DNA of 64,000 nt from Desulfurococcales archaeon (GTDB lineage: Archaea > Thermoproteota > Thermoprotei_A > Sulfolobales > Desulfurococcaceae): contig JALVYU010000007.1 in assembly GCA_027022365.1 (NCBI GenBank), forward strand, positions 96,001 through 160,000, given 5' to 3'. Positions 51,053 through 59,860 of this stretch are shown here, piece by piece; the first letter of the stretch is position 1, and each line of letters starts with the position of its first letter. Below the pieces are notes generated by a model, which did no database searches, was not told where the DNA came from, and worked only from the letters and a program-made list of their open reading frames with translations. The position numbers and the translations under genes are program-made.

Positions 51053-51108
51053 TCAGTGTAACACTGATTAATCATAGCACGGCTCATCTTTGCCGGGTGT
51101 CTTCATCG
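51053..51108 (-). ncRNA. Candidate box C/D sRNA
   Basis: Minus strand: GATGAAGA, guide CACCCGGCAAAG, ATGA, C' ATGATTA, guide ATCAGTGTTACA, CTGA. Confidence 0.65.
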
Positions 51109-51238
51109 GTCTAAAATAGTTGTAGTATTTTCTAGCCTTTATAATAACTTCCGCTAAGATGTTGCTATGATCATATAAATTTGTCCTTTGGAATAACACC
51201 TCTTTCTTTTATGGGTTGAAAAACAAGAATAATAATAG

Positions 51239-53068
51239 GTGAGCTTAATGGCCAGTGAGAAAGCGGTGTCCGCAGAGAGCGATATGCCATTCATGATACT
51301 AGCAGAGACATTCGAAAAAATAGAGGTCATATCCTCGAGAACCCAGATGACAGTTCTGCTTGTCAATTTATTCAAGCAGACACCACCAGCTATCATAGAT
51401 AAGGTTGTCTATCTATTACAGGGCAAGCTTTGGCCTGACTGGTACGGTATGCCGGAGCTCGGCATAGGAGAGAAGATGCTCATAAAGGCGATAGCCCTAG
51501 CAACCAATTCTACCGAGTCAGAAGTGGAAAAGCTCTATAAGACCCTAGGCGATCTAGGGAAGGCCGCCGAAAAACTCAGAGCTAAAGCTGAGAAGATAAT
51601 GTCAAAATCCTCGATCCTAGCCTTCGTATCGGTACGTCGCGAGCTCACGGTTCTCCGTGTATATGAGACGTTGTCAAGAATAGCTATGGCTCAAGGAGAG
51701 GGGAGTAGGGACATCAAGCTAAAACTGCTTGCGGGACTTATTAGCGAGGCCTCACCTAAAGAGGCTAAGTACATTGTCAGATTCGTCGAGGGAAGACTAA
51801 GGCTCGGCATAGGTGACGCGACAATAATGGATGCCCTCGCTATTGTCTATGGTGGAGGAGTTCATGCTAGGCCGGTCATTGAGAGGGCATATAACCTCCG
51901 AGCAGACCTGGGTAATGTCGCTAAAATACTTGCAACTCAAGGAATAGATGCATTGAAGAATATAAAGCCCCAGGTCGGAATACCGATCAGACCCATGCTC
52001 GCCGAGAGGCTTAACAACCCGGTGGAAATGCTCAAAAAAGTAGGTGGAAAAGCCTATGTAGAATACAAGTATGATGGTGAAAGGGCTCAGATCCATAAGG
52101 ACGGCGACAAGATCTGGATATATTCTCGAAGACTAGAAAACATAACGAGACAATATCCAGACGTTGTGGAGTATGCGAGAAAATACATAAAGGCTAAACA
52201 AGCCATCGTTGAGGGAGAAATCGTAGCATATGATCCGGAGACAGGCGAGCTAAGGCCTTTCCAGGAGCTAATGCATAGGAAGAGGAAACACGACATACAC
52301 ATAGCGATCAAGGAATACCCGGTAAAAGTATTCCTCTTCGACCTACTGTATGCTGATGGTGAAGACTACACTACGAAACCGTTGCCGATCCGTAGAGAGA
52401 AGCTAAAAGAAATAATCGAGGAAACAGACGTGTTCAGACTAGCTGAATATATCGAGACAAGCGATCCTGAAGAGCTAGAGAAGTTCTTCCTCAAGGCTAT
52501 CGAGGATGGCGCCGAAGGAGTCATGGTGAAAGCCCTCCATGAACGCTCCATATACCAGGCTGGTACAAGAGGATGGCTCTGGATAAAGTATAAGCGGGAC
52601 TATAAGAGCGAGATGATAGACACAGTAGACCTAGTGGTCGTCGGCGCGTTCTACGGCAGAGGTAGAAGAGGAGGAAAGTATGGCGCGCTCCTCATGGCAT
52701 CCTATAATCCCGAGAAGGACGTGTTTGAGACAGTATGTAAGGTTGGAAGTGGTTTCAAGGACGAGGATCTAGACAGGCTGCCCGAGATGCTCCAGCCCTA
52801 TATTATCGATAGAAAGCATCCCCGAGTCGTATCTAAGATGCAACCCGATGTATGGGTTACTCCGGCTCTTGTGGCAGAGATCATTGGAGCCGAGCTAACA
52901 CTTAGTCCTCTGCATACTTGTTGTCTCGACAAGGTAAAACCTGGTGTGGGCATATCGATCAGGTTTCCAAGATTCATAAGATGGAGACCGGATAAATCGC
53001 CCGAGGATGCAACAACGAGCCAAGAGCTTCTAGAGATGTATAAGCGCCAGTTAAAGAAGATTATATGA
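51239..53068 (+). CDS. lig: ATP-dependent DNA ligase
   Basis: [25 protein letters not shown] and RFPRF motifs. Confidence 0.97.
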   Translation: MSLMASEKAVSAESDMPFMILAETFEKIEVISSRTQMTVLLVNLFKQTPPAIIDKVVYLLQGKLWPDWYGMPELGIGEKMLIKAIALATNSTESEVEKLYKTLGDLGKAAEKLRAKAEKIMSKSSILAFVSVRRELTVLRVYETLSRIAMAQGEGSRDIKLKLLAGLISEASPKEAKYIVRFVEGRLRLGIGDATIMDALAIVYGGGVHARPVIERAYNLRADLGNVAKILATQGIDALKNIKPQVGIPIRPMLAERLNNPVEMLKKVGGKAYVEYKYDGERAQIHKDGDKIWIYSRRLENITRQYPDVVEYARKYIKAKQAIVEGEIVAYDPETGELRPFQELMHRKRKHDIHIAIKEYPVKVFLFDLLYADGEDYTTKPLPIRREKLKEIIEETDVFRLAEYIETSDPEELEKFFLKAIEDGAEGVMVKALHERSIYQAGTRGWLWIKYKRDYKSEMIDTVDLVVVGAFYGRGRRGGKYGALLMASYNPEKDVFETVCKVGSGFKDEDLDRLPEMLQPYIIDRKHPRVVSKMQPDVWVTPALVAEIIGAELTLSPLHTCCLDKVKPGVGISIRFPRFIRWRPDKSPEDATTSQELLEMYKRQLKKII

Positions 53069-53172
53069 ATAATTTTTGATATAATATTAACTCAAGCACA
53101 TCATATAATTTTTCACCAAAATATCACTTCTACACAGAGAATATCAGCGAGACAGACAATCCAAAAATATGG

Positions 53173-53955
53173 ATGATAACCATGACATACATAGTGGTCT
53201 TCACTGGACCGGCTGGATCGGGAAAAACCACGTTGACAAAAATATATGGTGAATGGCTAAGAACCACTATGTTCTTGAACGTATGTCAGGTAAATATGGA
53301 TCCAGGAGCAGAGATCTTACCCTATAGGCCGTGCCTGGATATACGCGAGTTCATTACCATAAAAGACATAATGAAAGAGCATGGCCTAGGCCCAAATGGC
53401 GCGTTCATGAAAGCTGTCGAACTAATTTCTAAGATAATGGACAAAATAATGAGAAATAAGCCATTCAATGAACCTGAACACTGGGATGTCATAATAGTCG
53501 ATACTCCTGGGCAGCTGGAAGCGTTTATTTTCAGGCCTGAGACTCGTGAAATACTGGAAAGACTGCAGGAGATAGGGAGGACGGTTATAGCGTACCTGAT
53601 TGACTCTTCTATGATAAGAACCTCTACTGATGCTATTACAATGTGGTTTCTAGGAATACTACTTCAAGTTAAAATAGGCATTGACGTGATCCCCGTAATT
53701 ACTAAAGCAGATACACTTAGTAAAACAAGAGAAAACATAGTAAGAAGATTAATAACAAGTCCCGAGAAGCTACTGGAAGACATTAAGGATTCTGAAGGTA
53801 TTGTATCAGATATTCTCCCGGAACTTATCTCAATAGCAGTAAAGACGCGTGGTGCATACCGACCTGTACTTGTATCAATTAATAACCGGGAAAGCATCGA
53901 AGATCTCCATTTTGTGCTTCATGAGGCTGCATGTTCATGCGGTGATCTGACATGA
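53173..53955 (+). CDS. GPN-loop GTPase
   Basis: GPAGSGKT, NMDPG, GPNG, DTPGQ and TKAD motifs. Confidence 0.9.
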   Translation: MITMTYIVVFTGPAGSGKTTLTKIYGEWLRTTMFLNVCQVNMDPGAEILPYRPCLDIREFITIKDIMKEHGLGPNGAFMKAVELISKIMDKIMRNKPFNEPEHWDVIIVDTPGQLEAFIFRPETREILERLQEIGRTVIAYLIDSSMIRTSTDAITMWFLGILLQVKIGIDVIPVITKADTLSKTRENIVRRLITSPEKLLEDIKDSEGIVSDILPELISIAVKTRGAYRPVLVSINNRESIEDLHFVLHEAACSCGDLT

Positions 53956-54069
53956 ACGTGTTACTTAATTATAATTCAACTCCGAATGCATTAGGAACTT
54001 TATCCATTCATAATAAATGATAATAAGCACTATAAATACTCGAATACTCACTAGAAAAATGGGTGGGAA

Positions 54070-54141
54070 CCCCCTTTGACGAACACCCGTTACGGGACAT
54101 GGGGATGATAAGGGGGGCCTTGCGGCCGCCAATACTACTGA
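54070..54141 (+). ncRNA. Atypical C/D-like sRNA candidate
   Basis: TTGACGA, CCCGT/ACGGG hairpin, ATGATAA, GCCTTGCGGCCG (antisense to conserved 16S), CTGA 54138-54141. Confidence 0.45.
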
Positions 54142-54165
54142 AGTCAGTGATGGTGTGAAGCAGAG

Positions 54166-55833
54166 TTGGTCTACAAGCCAAGAACAGGGCTCGAAAAATA
54201 CTATGCAGTTCTCTTCAGGCTTCCCGGCATACCCACTCTTGTAGCAGTAACACTCCTAATCAACATCGCAGCCTATCTAGTCAATAAGCGTGTCTTGTTC
54301 CCAGCTTTCCTCCTCTACATCCTGACGGTTTCTATCATACTCATTTACTCGAAGCTTTTCAATGGCCCATTAAGATACGCCAACAGAATACTCATGGCAG
54401 GTCTACTTATAGAGATATACTCATTGGTACTAATGTTCGTACTTGGTATTAAATATGGCTTAATAGCATCTAGTATTCTCTTAATAATAATAGTTTTAGG
54501 TATAAATGGCACGTCTATTCAGAACTATATCGTGGCAGTGATCCCAGTAATCATTACGTATGTCGTATATTATGGATTTGAACCGATACTATTTATTGGT
54601 ATTACGATCGCCGTACTATTGGATTTCATTATCTACAAGATAATGTCAATTCATAAACTAGCGGGGTACCCAGCCCCCGATCTTGGAACTCTTTTCGTAA
54701 AGAACTGGCTAGATAGGGACAGAGCGATCGAACAGGTATTCAAAGAGATTAGTTCTGAACAACAAGTGAAGCCAAGGATCCTGAAGCTTGGAAACGGGTT
54801 TGTCGTGTACACTGATATACATTATGGGCCGTTCTCAAATGTTGGGAGCAGTATGTTTCCAAGAGTGCTCGAGGAATTATTAAGATATCCCGTTATAGCC
54901 CTTCATGGGGCTGGAAGCCATGATAGGGATGTACCGTCTTTTGATCTCTCTAGGAAATACGCTGAGAAAATAGCGCAGTGTATAAATGGATCATGCGAAT
55001 TTCATGCGTTGAGAGGATATAGCCCATTCAGTATCAAGATTGAGGATGGATGGAAGTTTCTTGTTATACCGTTTGACAAGCTTAACTTAGTGCTCATATC
55101 TAGATCTAAGGGTATAGATGATCTGCCATATGAGTATCAGACTTGGGTCGGGAAAATATGTGAAAATAAACGCCTTCCCGACACGATAATTGTTGATTGT
55201 CATAATCATGAAGTAGAGGAGCCCATGAATTTCGATGTATTGAGAAAAGGCCTAGAACAAGTGATCGGAAGAATAGAAGAGGTCACAACAACCAGTGAGC
55301 CCAAAGAGGTTTTGGGGAGAATAGTTGTTGTTGGAAACATTAGATCACTAGGTGTCATAGGAGATAAAATTTATGGAGTAGACCTTGTCTGGCCTGACGA
55401 GGGTCACCGAGTCGTACTCGTATATATTCCAGGCAATAATATGGAGCCGGGATTATGTGAAAAGATACGTAGAAGAGTAGCTGATCAGCTAAATTTGGAT
55501 ATTAACTATGTTGAAGTCCTAACTAATGATGAGCACACAGAAACAGGTGTTTATTCGTCATCAACATATTATCCGGTCATAGAGACGAGGGAGCTTCTGA
55601 GAGGAATAGATACACTTATTGAGAAGTTGAAAGCGCAGGGTAGCGAATACCATGAAGTCAAATATGCTTTCTTCAAATACACTGTTCCCCTGCTTAACGA
55701 CTCAGCTTATAAACTCGTTGAAATAGTTAAGAAAAATGTCCCCTTATCATCAGTTCTTCTTCTAGGCTATCTGTTCCTAGGACCATTTCTAGTCGGTTAC
55801 ATGACGAGCCTCATAGACTACTTTATTCATTAG
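54166..55833 (+). CDS. DUF2070-family membrane protein
   Basis: N-terminal TM segments; HYGPF..VGSS, HGAGSH, DCHN, GNNM and TNDEH motifs. Confidence 0.8.
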   Translation: MVYKPRTGLEKYYAVLFRLPGIPTLVAVTLLINIAAYLVNKRVLFPAFLLYILTVSIILIYSKLFNGPLRYANRILMAGLLIEIYSLVLMFVLGIKYGLIASSILLIIIVLGINGTSIQNYIVAVIPVIITYVVYYGFEPILFIGITIAVLLDFIIYKIMSIHKLAGYPAPDLGTLFVKNWLDRDRAIEQVFKEISSEQQVKPRILKLGNGFVVYTDIHYGPFSNVGSSMFPRVLEELLRYPVIALHGAGSHDRDVPSFDLSRKYAEKIAQCINGSCEFHALRGYSPFSIKIEDGWKFLVIPFDKLNLVLISRSKGIDDLPYEYQTWVGKICENKRLPDTIIVDCHNHEVEEPMNFDVLRKGLEQVIGRIEEVTTTSEPKEVLGRIVVVGNIRSLGVIGDKIYGVDLVWPDEGHRVVLVYIPGNNMEPGLCEKIRRRVADQLNLDINYVEVLTNDEHTETGVYSSSTYYPVIETRELLRGIDTLIEKLKAQGSEYHEVKYAFFKYTVPLLNDSAYKLVEIVKKNVPLSSVLLLGYLFLGPFLVGYMTSLIDYFIH

Positions 55834-55886
55834 ATATTCAGGAGTATTCTTCTAAGTGCTTAGTGCTTAATTAATTAAATGAGGAA

Positions 55887-55934
55887 GGGAGACCGGCCGG
55901 TATCCGCCGCTCTACCAGGCTGAGCTACGGGCCC
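55887..55934 (-). tRNA. Split tRNA-Lys(CUU), 5' half (exon 55904-55934, trailer 55887-55903)
   Basis: Minus strand GGGCCCGTAGCTCAGCCTGGTAGAGCGGCGG (tRNA positions 1-30), then ATACCGGCCGGTCTCCC. Confidence 0.93.
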
Positions 55935-55967
55935 ATAAGCTCAACCGTATTCTAGTCCCAATTCTGG

Positions 55968-55974
55968 TTATAAA
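55968..55974 (-). promoter_or_regulatory. TATA box of the 5' tRNA half
   Basis: TTTATAA on the minus strand about 33 nt upstream of G1. Confidence 0.6.
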
Positions 55975-56002
55975 CGTATCGACCATTGTTTTTAAGGGAG
56001 TA

Positions 56003-56010
56003 TTTATAAA
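56003..56010 (+). promoter_or_regulatory. TATA box of tbp
   Basis: TTTATAAA about 36 nt upstream of the ATG. Confidence 0.55.
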
Positions 56011-56046
56011 CCATGAGATTGTTTTTAAAAACGGGGGATTTATAAA

Positions 56047-56631
56047 ATGAGCGGGCTAGAAGAGGAGATCTCACTTAATCCTACGACTAAGATAGAGAAT
56101 ATTGTAGCTACAGTAATACTTGACCAGACTCTCGATCTAAATCTGATCGAGAGTCGTGTCCCTAACGTAACCTATCAGCCAGACCAGTTTCCAGGACTTA
56201 TACTTAGACTAGAACGTCCCAAGACAACTGCCCTTATCTTTAAATCAGGCAAAATGGTCGTTACTGGAGCTAAGAGCACAAGCGAGCTCATAGAGGCTGT
56301 TAAGAGAATAATCAAGCTCCTCCGCAAGCATGGGATCAAAATAACATCGAAGCCCAGGATACAGATCCAAAACATCGTGGCGAGCGGGGACATCAACGCG
56401 ATGGTAAACCTTGAAAGAGCGGCATATCTCCTCGAGGATAGTATGTATGAGCCGGAGCAGTTCCCCGGTTTAATCCACCGTATGAGGAGCCCCAGGGTAG
56501 TGCTCTTAATATTTAGTAGCGGTAAAATGGTCATAACTGGAGCAAAGGAAGAAAGAGAAGTCGAGGAGGCTGTTAGAAAGATAGCTCAGAAGCTTCTCGA
56601 ACTAAAATGTCTGTTTCCGAGAAGAGGATAA
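56047..56631 (+). CDS. tbp: TATA-box binding protein
   Basis: Two repeats: NIVA, Y.P.QFPGL and LIF.SGK.V.TGAK. Confidence 0.97.
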   Translation: MSGLEEEISLNPTTKIENIVATVILDQTLDLNLIESRVPNVTYQPDQFPGLILRLERPKTTALIFKSGKMVVTGAKSTSELIEAVKRIIKLLRKHGIKITSKPRIQIQNIVASGDINAMVNLERAAYLLEDSMYEPEQFPGLIHRMRSPRVVLLIFSSGKMVITGAKEEREVEEAVRKIAQKLLELKCLFPRRG

Positions 56632-56670
56632 CCAGGCTAATAAATCCCTTTACATAAATCCTTTTCTTTG

Positions 56671-56732
56671 AATGATGACGTGGGCAGCCTGAGACCCTCC
56701 TACGGGGGATGAAGACCCTAGTCTCACACTGA
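56671..56732 (+). ncRNA. Box C/D sRNA
   Basis: C ATGATGA 56672-56678, guide CGTGGGCAGC, D' CTGA, hairpin, C' ATGAAGA, guide, D CTGA 56729-56732. Confidence 0.8.
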
Positions 56733-56757
56733 CAGGTCCTTCTCGAAGGTGACCTAG

Positions 56758-57192
56758 ATGTTTGTCGAAGGCGTAATCATAGTAGCAGATCTCGATAGAT
56801 TCGACGAGTTTGTTGAAAAACATGGACTCAGCCGATATAGACCTAATATTATCACCGGGACACTGACTCATTTATTCTATAACTTCACCAATAGGTGGCG
56901 GGGAGTTGTTGTTTACGGTCTAGATTTTGGAAGGGGTACTGAAGAAATCATAATAGAGATCCCTATGCCTGATGAGTTGGATGGTATTCTTAATGAGCTC
57001 AAACGAATAAAGAGGACTATTAACGAGCTTGGGGCCTCAATAACTATAGTGGTCGTAAGGGACTATGTGCCATGTAGACCTGCTAGGAATCGTAGGGAAG
57101 CGTATTATGGGACTCCAGGCAGAAGGAGGGCAATCCGCCTCTTAAAAAGTGTCAAACGTAAAGGAGGAAACACTATTTATATTGAGGTGTAA
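56758..57192 (+). CDS. Stand-alone cyclase/GGDEF-like palm-domain protein
   Basis: 'IVADLDRF...EKHG', 'RGTEEI' turn, C-terminal 'L..VKRKGGN'; SD AGGTGA. Confidence 0.6.
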   Translation: MFVEGVIIVADLDRFDEFVEKHGLSRYRPNIITGTLTHLFYNFTNRWRGVVVYGLDFGRGTEEIIIEIPMPDELDGILNELKRIKRTINELGASITIVVVRDYVPCRPARNRREAYYGTPGRRRAIRLLKSVKRKGGNTIYIEV

Positions 57193-57231
57193 GGAAACAA
57201 TATTAGTTTTCCATAATTAATGAGTTACGTA

Positions 57232-57293
57232 GATGATGAGGCCGACATAGTCGGATAAATCCCATAGATTATGAAGAGGGGTCGATTGGCTGA
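57232..57293 (+). ncRNA. Box C/D sRNA
   Basis: C GATGATGA, guide GGCCGACATAGT, D' CGGA, C' ATGAAGA, guide GGGGTCGATTGG, D CTGA 57290-57293. Confidence 0.75.
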
Positions 57294-57466
57294 AAATAAT
57301 TTGTCATTCCAAGTTTCAAGTAATAGTCCGTGTACTCTATATAGATCATGAGTATAATGTTTTATATTGCGAGCAAAATATTGAATGGTAGGTATTAATA
57401 ATGAATTAGAATAAATACCGCCTTGGAACAAAGATGTTTAAGTATTTAATATTTATGGTGTAGATT

Positions 57467-58477
57467 TTGTCTGGCGAAGAGCTAGTTGAGATAAAGGTTC
57501 ATGAAAGACTTGACGAGTTAAGCAAGAAAATTTCTTCAAGTTCTTTTGAGGCCCACATCACTCTTGAAGGCATATTTCAGGGGATCGAGAGAGTAATTGG
57601 TGATAAGATACCACATGTTTTCAAAATGCTTGCGGAAAGATCAAAGGATACATGTATTTTCGATAGAATAAATCTGAAAAGGAGAACAAGTAGTTGGGAC
57701 GAAGTTGTATTACTTCTGTGTAATGGAGTAGTTATCGGTGCACATGGAGAAATTAACGGTCAGAGACTTTATGGCTACAAGCTTTTGGAGCAGCTTTCCT
57801 ATAACGTAAATAATAATGTGTATTCTCATATAATCATAGAAGAGACGCTTCTGCCCTCCGAATTTGTGAAGAAATACCTTAATCTCGAAGGCTTTGAAGC
57901 AAGGAAACAAACGCCCAAACCTGAGGAACGGGGAGCGAAACCAGCCAAGCCCATTGTGAAAGTAGATGCTTATGCTAAAACAACTCAGCTCAATATACCG
58001 ATAGCGTCAACTATTCCTGTCGAAACATCGCTTGATAAGACCAAAGTACTTCCTAGAAGACCGATACCGCCTGGTTTCGTGCCTCCTAAGTTTATCGCTA
58101 TGACGGATACACAGAAGCATGAGGCTGAGGAAGAAGATATAGCCGGATCCAAAAAACCGATGACCATTTACTTAGTTATGAGTCTATCCGACAAGGTATT
58201 GGATCTAAGTAATCGCTTGGTAGAGTTGGCCGAGACCGAGGGCATAGGAGTTTCTTATTCTTCATTATCATATAACGGGACAGCTTACATTCTCGAAACA
58301 AATGTTACAAGAGTTGGATTCATTAGAAAACACGAGAAAATACGTAAGATCGCGGAAAAAATAGCGTCTATCCTTATAGAATGCATGGAGGATTCTCCGC
58401 TAAGGTTTGATCGTGTGATTGTCATCCTTCGTCACGGTTTCGATACTGTTCGTGTTGTGAAAAAAGTATACAGCTAG
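57467..58477 (+). CDS. Hypothetical protein (DUF2226-like N-terminal domain, Pro-rich linker)
   Basis: 'VLLLCNGVVIGA......LYG...LEQL' pattern followed by a Pro/Lys/Thr-rich linker. Confidence 0.6.
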   Translation: MSGEELVEIKVHERLDELSKKISSSSFEAHITLEGIFQGIERVIGDKIPHVFKMLAERSKDTCIFDRINLKRRTSSWDEVVLLLCNGVVIGAHGEINGQRLYGYKLLEQLSYNVNNNVYSHIIIEETLLPSEFVKKYLNLEGFEARKQTPKPEERGAKPAKPIVKVDAYAKTTQLNIPIASTIPVETSLDKTKVLPRRPIPPGFVPPKFIAMTDTQKHEAEEEDIAGSKKPMTIYLVMSLSDKVLDLSNRLVELAETEGIGVSYSSLSYNGTAYILETNVTRVGFIRKHEKIRKIAEKIASILIECMEDSPLRFDRVIVILRHGFDTVRVVKKVYS

Positions 58478-58731
58478 ACAAAGTAGTCGCCATGCTTGTA
58501 TTTCGGGTATTTGTGGAACTATGAATGCTCATATGGGCTCCTTTATCGTAGGATAATGAAGTATAGTGGAAGAGGAGAGAATATGTGATATATCCAACTC
58601 AAGAAATACTGGGAAAAACCAAAGGAATTCCGTGGAAGAAAGGCAAAAGGTAAATAGTAATAATAGAGACGGAGCGGCTTCCCAAATGCTACTAGGTTTT
58701 CGCAATGCCATTAACGTTTAAATAGTCTCAA

Positions 58732-59649
58732 CTATACACCGCATAGTATTAACGCTGTTACTATATCAGAAAAGTCAAGCATTATTACTCTCCTTGTCTC
58801 AAAAATGTACTCCTTAAGACTAAGAAGATCAGATGAAAGTGATAGAAGAGGCGTTTTTAAGGCCTCCTCTGTGAGTGAGCCTTCATCATTAGATAACCAT
58901 GCTACCGGTTTTCCCTGCTCGATTACACAGTACTTCTTAATTATAGGAGATAAGTATTCGGATGCTGAAGGCGTAATAGTAGTTCCTGACTGGTAGGGCC
59001 CGATCGCTGGTACGACTATGACGTAGTTATCTGTTCTGGTTGGGATGAATAAGAATGATGGAAGCTTATATGTACCGAAACATCTCAGGCTCGGATGTTC
59101 GTGGCCGATGATCACAGCATCATATCCAGTTATATCGACGTCTACATGCCCATGTGTTACGAGTATTTTTTCGCTACCTATGTCAATCTCCAATTCTCTT
59201 TGGAGCTCTAGGCCATAATCTCTCAATATCATTCTTAGGAAATTATCGTGATTTCCTCTTATAATCTTTAGATCTTTGATACCTAGGTCATTGAGGATGA
59301 ATTCTAGGAGTTCCCTCGTTTCACGCCGCTCTTGACGTAATAGCCTGTCGAAGGCGTGTTTAAGGTCGCCATTTATGATGATTCTTCGAGGCTTAACTAA
59401 ATTATATATGTTCCTTAAACTTTCCTTGATCTTTTTCAGCTGTATCCTCGGAACAATCATTCCTGGAAAATACTTTGCCGCTTTATCGGAATAGTCCAAG
59501 CCTCGTGCAAGGGCTTCTTCAAAGCCTAGATGTAGGTCATTTATGATAATAGCATCGTATTTGCTGATATATAGTGCTGGCTCACCCGGAATTATGTAAA
59601 TACTCTCGAACGGTATATTCCTAGGTTTGTAGAGCTTCTCATTCATCAT
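58732..59649 (-). CDS. ICC-like metallophosphoesterase
   Basis: DLHLG, NGDLKH, RGNHD, THGH and GHEHP motifs. Confidence 0.88.
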   Translation of the reverse strand: MMNEKLYKPRNIPFESIYIIPGEPALYISKYDAIIINDLHLGFEEALARGLDYSDKAAKYFPGMIVPRIQLKKIKESLRNIYNLVKPRRIIINGDLKHAFDRLLRQERRETRELLEFILNDLGIKDLKIIRGNHDNFLRMILRDYGLELQRELEIDIGSEKILVTHGHVDVDITGYDAVIIGHEHPSLRCFGTYKLPSFLFIPTRTDNYVIVVPAIGPYQSGTTITPSASEYLSPIIKKYCVIEQGKPVAWLSNDEGSLTEEALKTPLLSLSSDLLSLKEYIFETRRVIMLDFSDIVTALILCGV

Positions 59650-59753
59650 TAAATCGGCACCATATATTCATCTAGCAATATATTGCTACATGGTTTGACG
59701 CCTAAGCATTCCCGTAATATCCTCGTGTTCCGTGATAGAAAAGTATGGGCGAG

Positions 59754-59819
59754 CGGGCCCGCCGGGATTTGAACCCGGGACCTACGGGTTAAGAGCCTCG
59801 ACTACCGGCCGGTCTCCCC
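59754..59819 (-). tRNA. Split tRNA-Lys(CUU), 3' half (leader 59797-59819, exon 59754-59796)
   Basis: Minus strand leader GGGGAGACCGGCCGGTAGTCGAG, then GCTCTTAACCCGTAGGTCCCGGGTTCAAATCCCGGCGGGCCCG (positions 31-73, anticodon CTT). Confidence 0.93.
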
Positions 59820-59845
59820 AGGCTCTTCTAGGTATCCCTTCTGGA

Positions 59846-59860
59846 TTATTAAATCTTTCC
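59846..59860 (-). promoter_or_regulatory. BRE/TATA of the 3' tRNA half
   Basis: GGAAAGA-TTTAATAA on the minus strand about 26 nt upstream of the leader. Confidence 0.65.

Noticed and set aside
58478-58731. Small ORFs or an sRNA in the 250-nt gap
   Set aside because: No recognisable motifs and no complete C/D box set.
55887-59818. The 16-bp inverted repeat read as transposon termini, or the tRNA halves read as att sites
   Set aside because: No transposase, integrase or duplicated tRNA segment; the interval contains tbp; the repeat builds an exact BHB.
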